This document shows positions 37,383 through 46,648 of a stretch of DNA of 64,000 nt, in pieces. Each line of letters starts with the position of its first letter. Positions within the stretch are counted from its first letter, which is position 1. Source of the DNA: an uncultured archaeon (GTDB taxonomy: Archaea > Micrarchaeota > Micrarchaeia > Micrarchaeales > CABMGC01); contig CAWBCT010000005.1 of the NCBI GenBank assembly GCA_963787445.1, positions 544,001-608,000 on the forward strand. Direction: 5' to 3'. A program made the translations under genes and the position numbers. Under the pieces are notes generated by a model, which worked only from the letters and a program-made list of their open reading frames with translations, did no database searches and was not told where the DNA came from.

Positions 37383-40088
37383 TTAAATATCTGTTGAGAT
37401 GCTGACCTTCCTGCTAACCAATATCAGGGAACACATTGATAATCCTACCACTATCGCCGGAACAGCGTAGGCGCCGAACGGGTCGTCAGAATACTGGTAG
37501 GAGATGCTGTACGGGCTGTAGAGCTCGCTTCCCGCGGTCTTGAACGTGATGTTGTAGATCCCTGCGTGCGGAGGCGTGTAGTTTATTGTGTTGCCTGTCG
37601 AGCCGACGAACCTCCCGTTAACGAAGAGGCTTCCGATGAGGGACTGGTTGTAGCTTGTCACCTGCGCCGTTGTCGTGCAGCTTGAGTACGTGCTCTGGCT
37701 GCTCTTGCACGAGCCTGTGAAGGAGAGCTGCGGATTGAAGTACGGCTTGACCATCGTCTTGTTTACGAAACTGCCGGAGTCCAGGTCCTTGGCCTCGACG
37801 AGGTACCTTCCCGCGGGCACCCAGGTTGCATTATACACCGCCGTGCCGTTGCCCGAAGCCATCTGCACGCCGTTGAAGTAGATGCTCACCGTGTCGTTGG
37901 GCACAGAGCTTGTAGCGTTTATCACGTAGCCGTTTATGTTAAGCTGAAACTGCACGGGCACAAACGGCACCGTCGGCCTAGCCTGCAGGCGCGGGGTCAG
38001 TAGGTTCCTGCATAGCCCAACATCCGCGACCTGCACGGCGGCCGTGTAGTTCTGCGGCATGAGCTCATAGGTGTTAAAGAGGGTGAAGTAGTCGCTGTTG
38101 TTTGGGGCTCCCAAATACTGCTTCCCGCCCTCGGACAAACTGACCGTGGTCCCATTAAGTATGAAGGTTCCCGAGCCGGGCGAAAGATACTTTGTAAGCA
38201 GATCGTAGCTTGTACCGTTGAAGACAATCGTTTGGAAGGAGCTGACCGTTGTATTGACAAGAGAGCTGCAGGTCTGGTTTATCGAGGGCTGGGCCAGTAT
38301 CGGGGCGGTCCTCTTGTAGTTCGGGGAATAGAAGTAGCCGTTGAATCCGCTTCCGCCCGAAGAGCCGCCCTGGAAGGGCAAGGGCTGCGGCTGGTTGATT
38401 GTCAGCGAACTCGCCGGCGAGTAGGCTGTGTCTCCCGCGCTGTCGGTAATATCAACGCAGTAGAAGCCCTGCACCGAAGAGGCCGTGTAGGTGGGCGAAG
38501 TAGCCCCCCATATGGGCGAGTTCAAACTGCAGGTCGAGAAGGCCCCGCTGTACCATTGGTACGAGTAGGGCGCGACCCCGCCGCTCAGCGTTATGCTGAA
38601 CGTTACGCTCTGGCCTGAGAGTATCGTAGGGTTGAGCGGCGTTATTGACGAGATGGTAAGCGAGCTACCTCCCTGTATGGTGGTTGTTGTGCTCGTGGAA
38701 ACGCTCGTAGAAGCGGCCGTTGAGGTGCTTGTGGATGTGCTCGTTGATGTGCTTGTTGAAGTGCTCGTTGTGCCTCCACCCGCTATGGTGGTAGTCAGAG
38801 CGGTCGTAGAAGTGCTCGTGGAGACGCTCGTGGAAGGGGTCGTTGAGGTGCTCGTGGAAGTACTTGTTGAGGTGCTCGTCGAAGTGCTCGTTGAGGTGCT
38901 TGTTGTGCCGCCACGCAGTATTGTGGTCGTAGAAGTGCTCGTGGAGGTGCTTGTGGATGTAGAAATCGTAGTTCCGCTGCCCGGTATGGTTGTTGTGGTC
39001 GTAGGATAAACAGAGACGTAGGCTGGGGCGTACAGCGAAACGCCAGCGCCGTCTGTCGCGTTCACGCAGTAATAGAACGTGGCAGGGATTGAACCTGTTG
39101 AAAGTTGCTGGACCAGGGACCGCGAGTTCGCACCCTCTATCTCATTGCTCCTGATGCCGCAGAACGGGCCCTCCCCGGTGTACCACTGGTACGAGTAGGG
39201 CGCGACCCCGCCGCTTGCGACTGCTGTCATGGTGACCGACTGCCCGCTGTCTATCTGCTGGTTGCTGTAGGAGACAGAAACGCTGAAGGGCGGGATTGTT
39301 GGAGGCACCGTGGTCAAGAGCGTGGAGGTGGTTGTTGAGACCGTCGATGTCGTTATGAGCGTGGAGGTTGATGCGCTAACCTGATAGGTTCCTATGATCT
39401 CATAGTCGCCCTCAACAGGGCCTCCTATATATCCGGATGTTATGCACGGGCTTGATGCGACGGACGAGCCCACCCCCAGGCTCCAGCCTGAGAAGGTGTA
39501 CGACGGGACGCCGCCCCAATCCGAAGTGCAAAGATAGGTTATCATGGATCCCCAGGGCACCTCAACGCTCGCCGATGACTGGCCGTTGCCGGCGCAGGTT
39601 TGCGGTTGCTGAGTGCTTCCAGGCGGCGTGTATGCGAAGCATGCGCCCCAGCCATTTGCAGCAGCAGCCGGGCTTTCCAGTATCGAGACCGGCTCGTAAA
39701 GTATTGTGGTGGTTGTTGGGATTGAAGTCGTTGTGCTAGTGGGATACACCGAGACGTATCCCGGCGCGTAATAATAATCGCCCGCGCTGTCCGCCGCATA
39801 CACGCAGTAATAGAACGTGGCCGGGATTGAGCTTGTGGCCAACTGCTGCGTGACCGACTGGGAGGTCGCCCCGGCTATCGCATCGTTTGGAATCCCGCAA
39901 ATGCTCCCTGTTCCAGTATACCACTGATAGCTATAGGGTGGAACCCCGCCGCCTGCGACCGCTGTCATGGTGACCGACTGCCCGCTGTCTATCTGCTGGT
40001 TGCTGTAGGAGACAGAAACGCTGAAGGAGCTGGCGCTGACCAGGTGTGAGACCAAAATTAAGCCCAAAAGCGCGAACAAGAACCGCAT
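37383..40088 (-). CDS. Large cell-surface glycoprotein/adhesin with three Ig/PKD-like repeats, Thr/Ser linkers and a C-terminal TM
   Basis: Signal peptide; three GQSVT...GG..PYSYQWY.G...C...I.GA.S...YC repeats; long (TSTS)n stalk; N-x-S/T sites; C-terminal TM plus RK. Confidence 0.88.
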   Translation of the reverse strand: MRFLFALLGLILVSHLVSASSFSVSVSYSNQQIDSGQSVTMTAVAGGGVPPYSYQWYTGTGSICGIPNDAIAGATSQSVTQQLATSSIPATFYYCVYAADSAGDYYYAPGYVSVYPTSTTTSIPTTTTILYEPVSILESPAAAANGWGACFAYTPPGSTQQPQTCAGNGQSSASVEVPWGSMITYLCTSDWGGVPSYTFSGWSLGVGSSVASSPCITSGYIGGPVEGDYEIIGTYQVSASTSTLITTSTVSTTTSTLLTTVPPTIPPFSVSVSYSNQQIDSGQSVTMTAVASGGVAPYSYQWYTGEGPFCGIRSNEIEGANSRSLVQQLSTGSIPATFYYCVNATDGAGVSLYAPAYVSVYPTTTTTIPGSGTTISTSTSTSTSTSTTTILRGGTTSTSTSTSTSTSTSTSTSTSTTPSTSVSTSTSTTALTTTIAGGGTTSTSTSTSTSTSTSTSTAASTSVSTSTTTTIQGGSSLTISSITPLNPTILSGQSVTFSITLSGGVAPYSYQWYSGAFSTCSLNSPIWGATSPTYTASSVQGFYCVDITDSAGDTAYSPASSLTINQPQPLPFQGGSSGGSGFNGYFYSPNYKRTAPILAQPSINQTCSSLVNTTVSSFQTIVFNGTSYDLLTKYLSPGSGTFILNGTTVSLSEGGKQYLGAPNNSDYFTLFNTYELMPQNYTAAVQVADVGLCRNLLTPRLQARPTVPFVPVQFQLNINGYVINATSSVPNDTVSIYFNGVQMASGNGTAVYNATWVPAGRYLVEAKDLDSGSFVNKTMVKPYFNPQLSFTGSCKSSQSTYSSCTTTAQVTSYNQSLIGSLFVNGRFVGSTGNTINYTPPHAGIYNITFKTAGSELYSPYSISYQYSDDPFGAYAVPAIVVGLSMCSLILVSRKVSISTDI
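39223..40027. repeat. 67-bp exact direct repeat within the surface protein gene
   Basis: 39223-39289 is identical to 39961-40027 (starts of Ig repeats 2 and 1). Confidence 0.85.
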
Positions 40089-40223
40089 GTAATCTTATCG
40101 GCTAAATACTTCTTGTTTCTCATATATAAAGCTTGCTTTATTATTGTCGTCGCAAGCATTGACGACACATCTCCCGGGCGCCACCATTTTATAACTGCTC
40201 TGAGAACACTAATTGTGCATTGA

Positions 40224-41162
40224 ATGGTCTCTGCGAACGAGGAGAAGCTGGTCTTTGCCTACAAATACCCCTTCTCAAAGGAGGCGAAGGAGCTTATCTC
40301 GGAGATGAACGCGAAGTTCGACAGGAAGGCCCTGAGCGACGGCGGCCTGCGGGTGAAGAAGGCGCTCGAAAACAACCTCCCGTTCGACGAGATGAAGATG
40401 ACCAGCCTGATGCAGACCCAGCTGATAAGCTACGTCTATGCCCGCATGATCGCCAGCGCCATGCGGAACTTCTCCGTCCTCGACTCCTATGCAACTGCCG
40501 AGGCCCAGCGGGCCTCCGGAGCCCTGCGCCTGGGAACCGACGGAGAGCTTATCCGTCTCTCGCAGGAGCTCGGTGTCGAGCTGAAGAAGGAGAGGGAACA
40601 GTTTTGCACCTCGTTCGAGTCCTACCTTGCCGGCATGCCCAGGCTGGAAAGCTTTGCGCTCTCTCGGCAGATGCTGAAGGAGGGCAAGGTATACCTTTCA
40701 CGGGACTCGCTTGTTTGCATCCTGCGCGAGCGCATAAAGAAGGAGGTGCTCAAGGGTCTTCCGATCCCGATAAAGGAGCTGCCCCAGGAGGTCGTCGCCT
40801 CCTCCCGCCTCATTGCACCTCCCGCAGCAGAGAGGGCCGCAGGCAGCAGGGACAAGGACGGGGGTGTCAGGTACAGGTGGATAGAGCAGCTGATAGAGCA
40901 TCCAATACCCGATGTTCGCCACAGGACCGTCAACCTGATACTCGCCCCCTATCTCACGACCATCCGGGGGCTCAGCGAGGAGGAGGCTGTGAAGATAATT
41001 CACGACTACATAGAGCGCTGCAAGCTGATAAATCCAGACACCAAGGTGAACCTCACCTATATAAAATATCAGTGCCACTATTCTAAGACCAAGGGGTTGA
41101 AGCCCCTCTCGCAGGTTAGGGCGCGCGAACTGCTCGGAGAGCACGTGCCTTTTGACAATTGA
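40224..41162 (+). CDS. DNA primase non-catalytic subunit: PriL N-terminal domain fused to a PriX-like domain
   Basis: KYPFSKEAKE, ISY..AR, YATAEA, L..GKVYL (PriL-N); WIEQLIEHPI.D.R...ILAPYL...GLSEEEA..I...KGLKPLS (PriX-like); no PPC/4-Cys Fe-S motif. Confidence 0.75.
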   Translation: MVSANEEKLVFAYKYPFSKEAKELISEMNAKFDRKALSDGGLRVKKALENNLPFDEMKMTSLMQTQLISYVYARMIASAMRNFSVLDSYATAEAQRASGALRLGTDGELIRLSQELGVELKKEREQFCTSFESYLAGMPRLESFALSRQMLKEGKVYLSRDSLVCILRERIKKEVLKGLPIPIKELPQEVVASSRLIAPPAAERAAGSRDKDGGVRYRWIEQLIEHPIPDVRHRTVNLILAPYLTTIRGLSEEEAVKIIHDYIERCKLINPDTKVNLTYIKYQCHYSKTKGLKPLSQVRARELLGEHVPFDN

Positions 41163-41169
41163 TGATCTT

Positions 41170-41322
41170 ATGAAAGTTTTATTGTGTCATGTTTGTGGAA
41201 AGACGGCCGGAAGTACCTGCAAATTATGTGGGAGACCAGCCTGCGCTGCGCACTATGATGAGAAATTGGGCATCTGCCTAATGTGCAAGACGGGCCGGAC
41301 TTTAGCTACTCTTAAGAAATAG
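41170..41322 (+). CDS. Small double-Zn-finger protein (50 aa), absent from ORF track
   Basis: Manual translation: MKVLLCHVCGKTAGSTCKLCGRPACAAHYDEKLGICLMCKTGRTLATLKK; starts 8 bp after the primase stop. Confidence 0.75.
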   Translation: MKVLLCHVCGKTAGSTCKLCGRPACAAHYDEKLGICLMCKTGRTLATLKK

Positions 41323-41581
41323 ATTGGAAATCCTGTGCTGAGGTCCCCTGTGGGAAGGCCCTGCCATTTTGTCCTTCCACTGGGAGCTTTATCTCGTTTG
41401 CAAGCCTCGTCAGCTCAGACATGTCGATCTGGCGGTCTATGTAAAGCTCGGTGTAAACAACATTTCCGAGAGTGACCTTCTTGACATTGAAGGTCATCTG
41501 CTGCAGCATCCCACTGCGGGTCACGCGCACCTTCACCGAACCGAATCTTATTGCATTCCTTGCGATGTTTGTCAATTCCAT
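41312..41581 (-). CDS. Hypothetical protein (89 aa)
   Basis: Compact alpha/beta-looking sequence with normal codon usage. Confidence 0.7.
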   Translation of the reverse strand: MELTNIARNAIRFGSVKVRVTRSGMLQQMTFNVKKVTLGNVVYTELYIDRQIDMSELTRLANEIKLPVEGQNGRAFPQGTSAQDFQSIS

Positions 41582-41610
41582 TTTATTATCCGTTGATAAT
41601 TAGTATGATA

Positions 41611-41910
41611 TTAGGCAGGCACTACAAACGCTTCCATCCCGGGCTCCTGCTTGTCCCGCTGGGCTCCTGAAATAGCCGCAACTCTGTCCTCTTGCTGCTT
41701 TTCATGCAGGCTCTTCAACTCCGCTACAACTTCGGTCCTGCCGAGTCTCTCCGCAAGCTGCCTCGCCTTCTCAATCTTGTCCTCGCATTCCGTCCTGTCT
41801 ACCTTTTCCAACTGGGCCCTTGCCGTGGTTCTGCTCTTCTCGTCGCCCATGACCAGGGCGTACACTGTGGAGTCGCCTGCCCTCCTGGTTGGTGCCGTAT
41901 GATGTTTCAT
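41611..41910 (-). CDS. Hypothetical helical protein (99 aa)
   Basis: ATG preceded by GTGGG; candidate minus-strand TATA at ~42029-42036 implies a long leader. Confidence 0.6.
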   Translation of the reverse strand: MKHHTAPTRRAGDSTVYALVMGDEKSRTTARAQLEKVDRTECEDKIEKARQLAERLGRTEVVAELKSLHEKQQEDRVAAISGAQRDKQEPGMEAFVVPA

Positions 41911-42140
41911 TTTCCCACTTGTTTTGCAGTTGCTTACGCTTATCTAAAGCGAAATTCCTGTAACTGACTGAAAGCCAAAGCGATGAAAAATAGGTTTCGC
42001 TGGCTGTGGCTATATGTTGGTTATTAACATTTATAAGGGTATCGCTGCCCCTAGCGTCTTCGGTTCTGGATAGGGACAAAACGCCTGAAAAGCGCCGTAA
42101 AAACGACAATCCATATTAAGCTATTCCTCATTATACTCTC

Positions 42141-42506
42141 ATGGCATCCAGCTACGTTGTGCTCGTTGTATTCTCCATCGTTGCGCTCGCGATACCAGGC
42201 TCGATAATACTCTTCTCAAGGCTCATAAGGCACCGCAAACCGAGCAGTTCGGCCTCGCGCCTCAACTTCGAAAGCGGCGAGCACACCATAGGCGTAAGCT
42301 CTGGGATAGTGCACGAGTATTTCCACTACTTCACCAGTTTCCTAGCCTTTGAGGTGGTCGCTGTCGTGTTGATCTTTTGGGTTTATGCAGTGCCCTCCGT
42401 GTCCATGTTGACAGACATCTACGTTTTTGGTTTTCTCGCGTTTGCAGTGCTGCTGCAGTACGTTGTAATACTCTTTGCGGCAGGAGGTGCACCTTCCCAT
42501 GGATGA
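42141..42506 (+). CDS. nuoA: NADH-quinone oxidoreductase subunit A
   Basis: 3 TMs, FESGE loop, FLAFEV; first gene of the operon. Confidence 0.85.
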   Translation: MASSYVVLVVFSIVALAIPGSIILFSRLIRHRKPSSSASRLNFESGEHTIGVSSGIVHEYFHYFTSFLAFEVVAVVLIFWVYAVPSVSMLTDIYVFGFLAFAVLLQYVVILFAAGGAPSHG

Positions 42507-43050
42507 GCAGACTCTCAATTCAAGGCAGGAGATGAATAGCCTCACCACCGACTCCGCACCCTCGAGCAAAATAAAACCAAATGTGGCGTTCGCAAAGCTT
42601 TCCGACCTGATGAAACTTGCTGCAGGCGGCGTGGTGGACTGGTCCCGAATCAACTCCCTGTGGCCCATGCAGTTCGGCCTCGCCTGCTGCGCGATAGAGC
42701 TCATGTCCTTCGGATCCGCGAGCACCGACGCCGAGCGGAAGGGGTACCTGCTATTCCGCGCAACCCCGCGCCAGTGCGATGTGATGCTTGTTGCCGGGTG
42801 GGTTACAAAGTCGATGATTCCCGAGATAAAGCGCCTGTACGAGCAGATGGCCCGGCCCCGCTACGTCATAGCGTTCGGCGAGTGTGCCACCTGCGGCGGA
42901 CCCTGGTGGGAGAGCTACAACATAATAAAGGGGATTGACCAGGTCCTCCCTGTTGATGTTTACGTTGCCGGATGTCCTCCCCGGCCCGAGAACCTTTACT
43001 CTGCGCTGATGAAGCTGCAGAAGAAGATAGGTGGTGAAAATGAAGGTTGA
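42499..43050 (+). CDS. nuoB: NADH-quinone oxidoreductase subunit B
   Basis: SLWP..FGLACCAIE, TPRQCD, G.CA..GG, PVDVYVAGCPPRPE. Confidence 0.95.
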   Translation: MDEQTLNSRQEMNSLTTDSAPSSKIKPNVAFAKLSDLMKLAAGGVVDWSRINSLWPMQFGLACCAIELMSFGSASTDAERKGYLLFRATPRQCDVMLVAGWVTKSMIPEIKRLYEQMARPRYVIAFGECATCGGPWWESYNIIKGIDQVLPVDVYVAGCPPRPENLYSALMKLQKKIGGENEG

Positions 43051-43408
43051 CCGCGCCGCGCTCGGGAAGAACATCGAGCAGATGAAGAAAGAGGGCTTCG
43101 ACTACCTTGTAAAGATAACCGCCGTTGATTATGTTGAGCATGTGGACGCGATTTACATGATTAGGAATTTGGAGCAAAAGAAGGACGTGCTAATCGAGGT
43201 TGAACTGTCCCCTTCGGATCTCTGGCTCGACACGATAATGGGGTATTATCCGGCTGCCGATTGGTACGAGCGCGAGCTCCAGGAGATGTTCGGGATAAAA
43301 ATAAAGGGACGCAAGGCGCCCCGCCTGCTTCTTGAGAAGTGGGACGGGAAAGGCTATCCGCTGCGCAAGAGCTTTGAGTGGAACAAGCCCTACGAGAGGT
43401 CAGAGTGA
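43040..43408 (+). CDS. nuoC: NADH-quinone oxidoreductase subunit C
   Basis: ITAVDY, A.WYERE..EMFGI, YPLRK.F. Confidence 0.93.
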   Translation: MKVDRAALGKNIEQMKKEGFDYLVKITAVDYVEHVDAIYMIRNLEQKKDVLIEVELSPSDLWLDTIMGYYPAADWYERELQEMFGIKIKGRKAPRLLLEKWDGKGYPLRKSFEWNKPYERSE

Positions 43409-44502
43409 TGCCGCTTACACGAATAAACATAGGGCCCATCCATCCTGGCACCCACGGAGTGACCCGCCTCGTCGTCGATCTTGACGGGGACACCATAGTG
43501 AATGTCGAACCCCACATCGGCTTTCTTCACAGGGGCGTCGAGAAGCTGGCCGAGACGCGGATGTACATGCAGAACCCTCCCTACATGGAGAAGCTCGACT
43601 ATGTCGCGCCCATGAGCGCCGATGATCTTTATGTTTCTACCGTTGAAGCGGCGCTCGGCATCCAGGTCAAGGAGCGGGCGAAGTACATTCGCACCATACT
43701 GCTTGAGATCCAGCGCATAGCGAGCCACCTTTTGTGGGTGGGCATGATAACCAACGACCTGGGCCAGATGTTTACGGGCTTCATGTGGGCCTTCCGAGAC
43801 CGCGAGCTGTTCCTCCGGCTGCTGCAGGAGGCAACCGGCCAGCGCATGTTCTATGTGAACACCCGGCTGGGAGGGGTTCTCCGCGACTTTCCGAGCGGCT
43901 TTGAGGAGCACGTCCTCGGGACCCTCGATCATCTCGACAAGAGGCTGGTCGATTACCACCGCTTCATAGACCGAAATCCCATTTTCAAGGAGAGGATGAA
44001 GGGCGTTGGCGTGCTGAAGACGGAGGATGCGAAAGCGCTTGGCGTAACCGGTCACGTTCTCCGCGGCTCCGGAGTGCAGTACGATGTGCGCAGCTCGAAC
44101 CCGTACTATGTTTATAACGAGCTCAACTTCAAGCCGCAGGTGCAGAACGGGTGCGACAACCTCGCCAGGTACACGGTGCGCATGCTTGAGCTCAAGGAGA
44201 GCGCGAGGCTGATCCGCTACGCCTTCCAGAAGATGCCCGCCGGCGATGCCCTGGGCCAGCCCGTCAAGCTCGTCGCTCCAAAGGTTCAGAACAAGGTCGT
44301 CACAGTCGCCCGCGAGTGCCCGCGCGGAGAGGAGCTGATGTACCTGGTCGCAGGCGACCAGAAGCCCTACCGCCTTGCGATACGCTCGCCCACTTTCATA
44401 AACCTTGCAGCGCTTAACCAGATGGTGCGCGGGCACCGACTCGCCGACCTTTATCCTACCTTCGGGACTCTAGACCTAGTGATGGGAGATGTTGATAGAT
44501 AG
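43408..44502 (+). CDS. nuoD: NADH-quinone oxidoreductase subunit D
   Basis: NIGPIHPGTHGV, G.LHRG.EK, LDY, E.PRGE, D.VMGDVDR; no NiFe CxxC motifs. Confidence 0.95.
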   Translation: MPLTRINIGPIHPGTHGVTRLVVDLDGDTIVNVEPHIGFLHRGVEKLAETRMYMQNPPYMEKLDYVAPMSADDLYVSTVEAALGIQVKERAKYIRTILLEIQRIASHLLWVGMITNDLGQMFTGFMWAFRDRELFLRLLQEATGQRMFYVNTRLGGVLRDFPSGFEEHVLGTLDHLDKRLVDYHRFIDRNPIFKERMKGVGVLKTEDAKALGVTGHVLRGSGVQYDVRSSNPYYVYNELNFKPQVQNGCDNLARYTVRMLELKESARLIRYAFQKMPAGDALGQPVKLVAPKVQNKVVTVARECPRGEELMYLVAGDQKPYRLAIRSPTFINLAALNQMVRGHRLADLYPTFGTLDLVMGDVDR

Positions 44503-45490
44503 CATAGCGCAGTGGTTTTCGTCAGGGCTCGGCTCGCCCAGCCTGCTAGTCTCCGGAGCATTCGTGCTGCTCTACGCGATACTCGTCTCCATCCTGATGT
44601 TCGCCTTTGCCTACCTCTTCGGCTGGGTCGAGCGCAAGCTGCTCGCAAAGCTCCAGTACCGGCACGGCCCCACCTACCTCGGCCCGTTCGGCAGCCTGCA
44701 GAACTTCGCAGACCTGATAAAGCTCCTTGCAAAGGAGGCGGTCTCGCCGCAGGGCTCGGACCGCATCCTCCTCGGGCTGGTTCCGCTCGTGCTCGTTGCA
44801 ACGACGATCTTCATCGTCCTCCTTCTGCCGTTCACCCCGGGAGTCCAGGCATCCAACTTCGGCCTCGGCCTCCTTTTCGTATTCGTCATCCTGAGCTTCA
44901 GCCCGCTCCTGATGTTCATCGCAGGAACCTCAACCAACAACAAGCTCGCCGCGATAGGCGCCCAGCGTTCCGTGCTGATGCTGATAAGCTACGAGATTCC
45001 CCTGCTCATCGTCATGATCGGCGTGGCGCTCGCCGCGCACGGGTTCAGCCTAGACGCAGTGCTAGCTGCCCAGTCCTCCCTGCCGTTTGTAATACTGATG
45101 CCTCTCGGGTTCATCGTCTTCTTCCTGGTGATGCTTGCAGAGATGGAGCGCCCGCCCTTCGACCTCCGCGAAGCCGACTCGGAGCTGATCGCGGGCTGGC
45201 TCACCGACATCAGCGCGCCCTACTACGCGCTCGTGCTGCTGCTCGACTACTCGCGCATGTTCATGGGCTCCCTTCTCATTGCAATCCTGTTTTTTGGGGG
45301 CTGGTCCGGCCCAATCCTGCCGCCAATAGTGTGGCTTGTGCTAAAGGCAGTGATAATCTCGCTCGCCATAGTGGTGATACGCGCAACCGCAATGCGCATG
45401 CGCATCGACCGGGTGCTCAGGTTCGGGTGGCTGTACCTCATGCCCCTCGCATTATTAAACCTTCTAATAACATTTATCATTTTGAAGTGA
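44489..45490 (+). CDS. nuoH: NADH-quinone oxidoreductase subunit H
   Basis: ERK..A..Q.R.GP, D.IKL..KE, SYE, E..R.PFDL.EA.SEL..G, R.RID. Confidence 0.95.
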   Translation: MLIDSIAQWFSSGLGSPSLLVSGAFVLLYAILVSILMFAFAYLFGWVERKLLAKLQYRHGPTYLGPFGSLQNFADLIKLLAKEAVSPQGSDRILLGLVPLVLVATTIFIVLLLPFTPGVQASNFGLGLLFVFVILSFSPLLMFIAGTSTNNKLAAIGAQRSVLMLISYEIPLLIVMIGVALAAHGFSLDAVLAAQSSLPFVILMPLGFIVFFLVMLAEMERPPFDLREADSELIAGWLTDISAPYYALVLLLDYSRMFMGSLLIAILFFGGWSGPILPPIVWLVLKAVIISLAIVVIRATAMRMRIDRVLRFGWLYLMPLALLNLLITFIILK

Positions 45491-45494
45491 AACC

Positions 45495-45857
45495 ATGCTC
45501 GAGCCCCTCCTGGAAACGATAAAAGTGCTCGGCCGGCCCAAGTTCACCACGGAGTTTCCTGAAGAGAGGGAGTCCCTTCCCGACAGCTACCGTGGGATGT
45601 TCAAGCTCGACATGCCCACCTGCATAAGCTGCTCGGCCTGCGCCATCATCTGCCCGAACAAGACCATCGAGATGGTGGAGACCCCCACCGAGCGCGGGCT
45701 AAAGAAGATGCCCCAGATAGGGATAGACCGCTGCCTCTTCTGCGCCCTCTGCGCCGAGGTCTGCCCTCCCAAGTGCCTTACGCTCACAAAGAATTACGAC
45801 GCGCTCGAGGCCTATGACAAGCGCGACTTTGTAAAGAGGCCGGAGGAACTGGAGTAG
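45495..45857 (+). CDS. nuoI: NADH-quinone oxidoreductase subunit I
   Basis: Two CxxCxxCxxxCP ferredoxin motifs. Confidence 0.93.
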   Translation: MLEPLLETIKVLGRPKFTTEFPEERESLPDSYRGMFKLDMPTCISCSACAIICPNKTIEMVETPTERGLKKMPQIGIDRCLFCALCAEVCPPKCLTLTKNYDALEAYDKRDFVKRPEELE

Positions 45858-45862
45858 ATTTC

Positions 45863-46339
45863 ATGCTTGAACTCATCGCCTTTGTTATTGCTCTCGCATT
45901 CACCCTAGCCGCCGCCATCGCTATCTTCCTGGAGAAGAGCATGCTGCGCGCGGTCGTGGCGCTGGCCCTTGCGATGACCGGCAGCGCCGTGCTCATGTTC
46001 GGGATTGGCGAGAGCATGATAGCGCTTTTGCAGCTCCTCATCTTCGTCGGAGGGCTTTCCACCTACCTGCTCGTTGCGATAGCGCCGGAGAAGCGGAGGC
46101 CGACCGGGCGGGCATGGTTTATCGGACTCGCCGTGGTCCTCGCACTCTCGCTTGCCGCCGAGGCCTACTACGCGTCGGGCTACGTGATGGCCGTGCCGGG
46201 AACCGGTGCTATCCAGTCCTACGCCGGCTACGCGTTCCAGAGCTATTACGCGGTCCTCTACGTAATTGCGTTTGCGCTCTTCACAACTGCGATAGGCAGC
46301 GTGCTGGTGATCCGAAAGTTCACCAGGTTGATAGTATGA
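45863..46339 (+). CDS. nuoJ: NADH-quinone oxidoreductase subunit J
   Basis: 5 TMs, LQLLIFVGG; operon position. Confidence 0.85.
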   Translation: MLELIAFVIALAFTLAAAIAIFLEKSMLRAVVALALAMTGSAVLMFGIGESMIALLQLLIFVGGLSTYLLVAIAPEKRRPTGRAWFIGLAVVLALSLAAEAYYASGYVMAVPGTGAIQSYAGYAFQSYYAVLYVIAFALFTTAIGSVLVIRKFTRLIV

Positions 46340-46647
46340 TCATGATTTTCTCCTACCTATCGGTGCTGTGCGCTGCGCTGGTCGGGATAGCGCTTGCAGC
46401 AATCGCCACGCAGAAGAATCTGATAGCCATCGTGCTTGCGGTGGAGCTGATCTTCGTGGCCAGCACCCTGGCATTGGCGGACTTCTTTTCCTACGGGACA
46501 ACATCCCCTTCGGCTGGCCTGATACTTTTCGTCGCAATATGGGCTGTCGCAGCGATAGAGGCCATAGCGCTGATAGCGTTCTACGTTTACATGAAGGCGA
46601 AGGGCCACGATCTTGAGATCGATCTTCTCTCGAGGCTGAAGTGGTAG
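46336..46647 (+). CDS. nuoK: NADH-quinone oxidoreductase subunit K
   Basis: KNLI...AVEL, VAAIEA; 3 TMs; ATG at 46336. Confidence 0.88.
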   Translation: MIMIFSYLSVLCAALVGIALAAIATQKNLIAIVLAVELIFVASTLALADFFSYGTTSPSAGLILFVAIWAVAAIEAIALIAFYVYMKAKGHDLEIDLLSRLKW

Positions 46648-46648
46648 C

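Noticed and set aside
38680-38960. Repetitive gtgctcgt/gaggtgct tract resembling an array
   Set aside because: It is the reverse complement of the Thr/Ser linker codons of the surface protein; there are no unique spacers.
38593-39009. Val/Glu-rich ORF on the + strand
   Set aside because: Antisense shadow of the Thr/Ser repeat region.
41915-42010. Riboswitch in the long leader of ORF 41611-41910
   Set aside because: Only one modest hairpin is visible and it matches no family I can recognise; unsupported without a covariance search.
42499-44502. Group 4 [NiFe]-hydrogenase
   Set aside because: The large subunit lacks both CxxC nickel-binding motifs and the small subunit has the NuoB-type CC motif.
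44512-45522. 336-aa Arg/Pro-rich alternative-frame ORF, and similar long shadows (43390-44436 -, 19277-20254 -, 40220-41086 +, 10577-11401 -, 13876-14712 -)
   Set aside because: They overlap well-supported genes, show no recognisable motifs, and are expected from GC-rich third codon positions.
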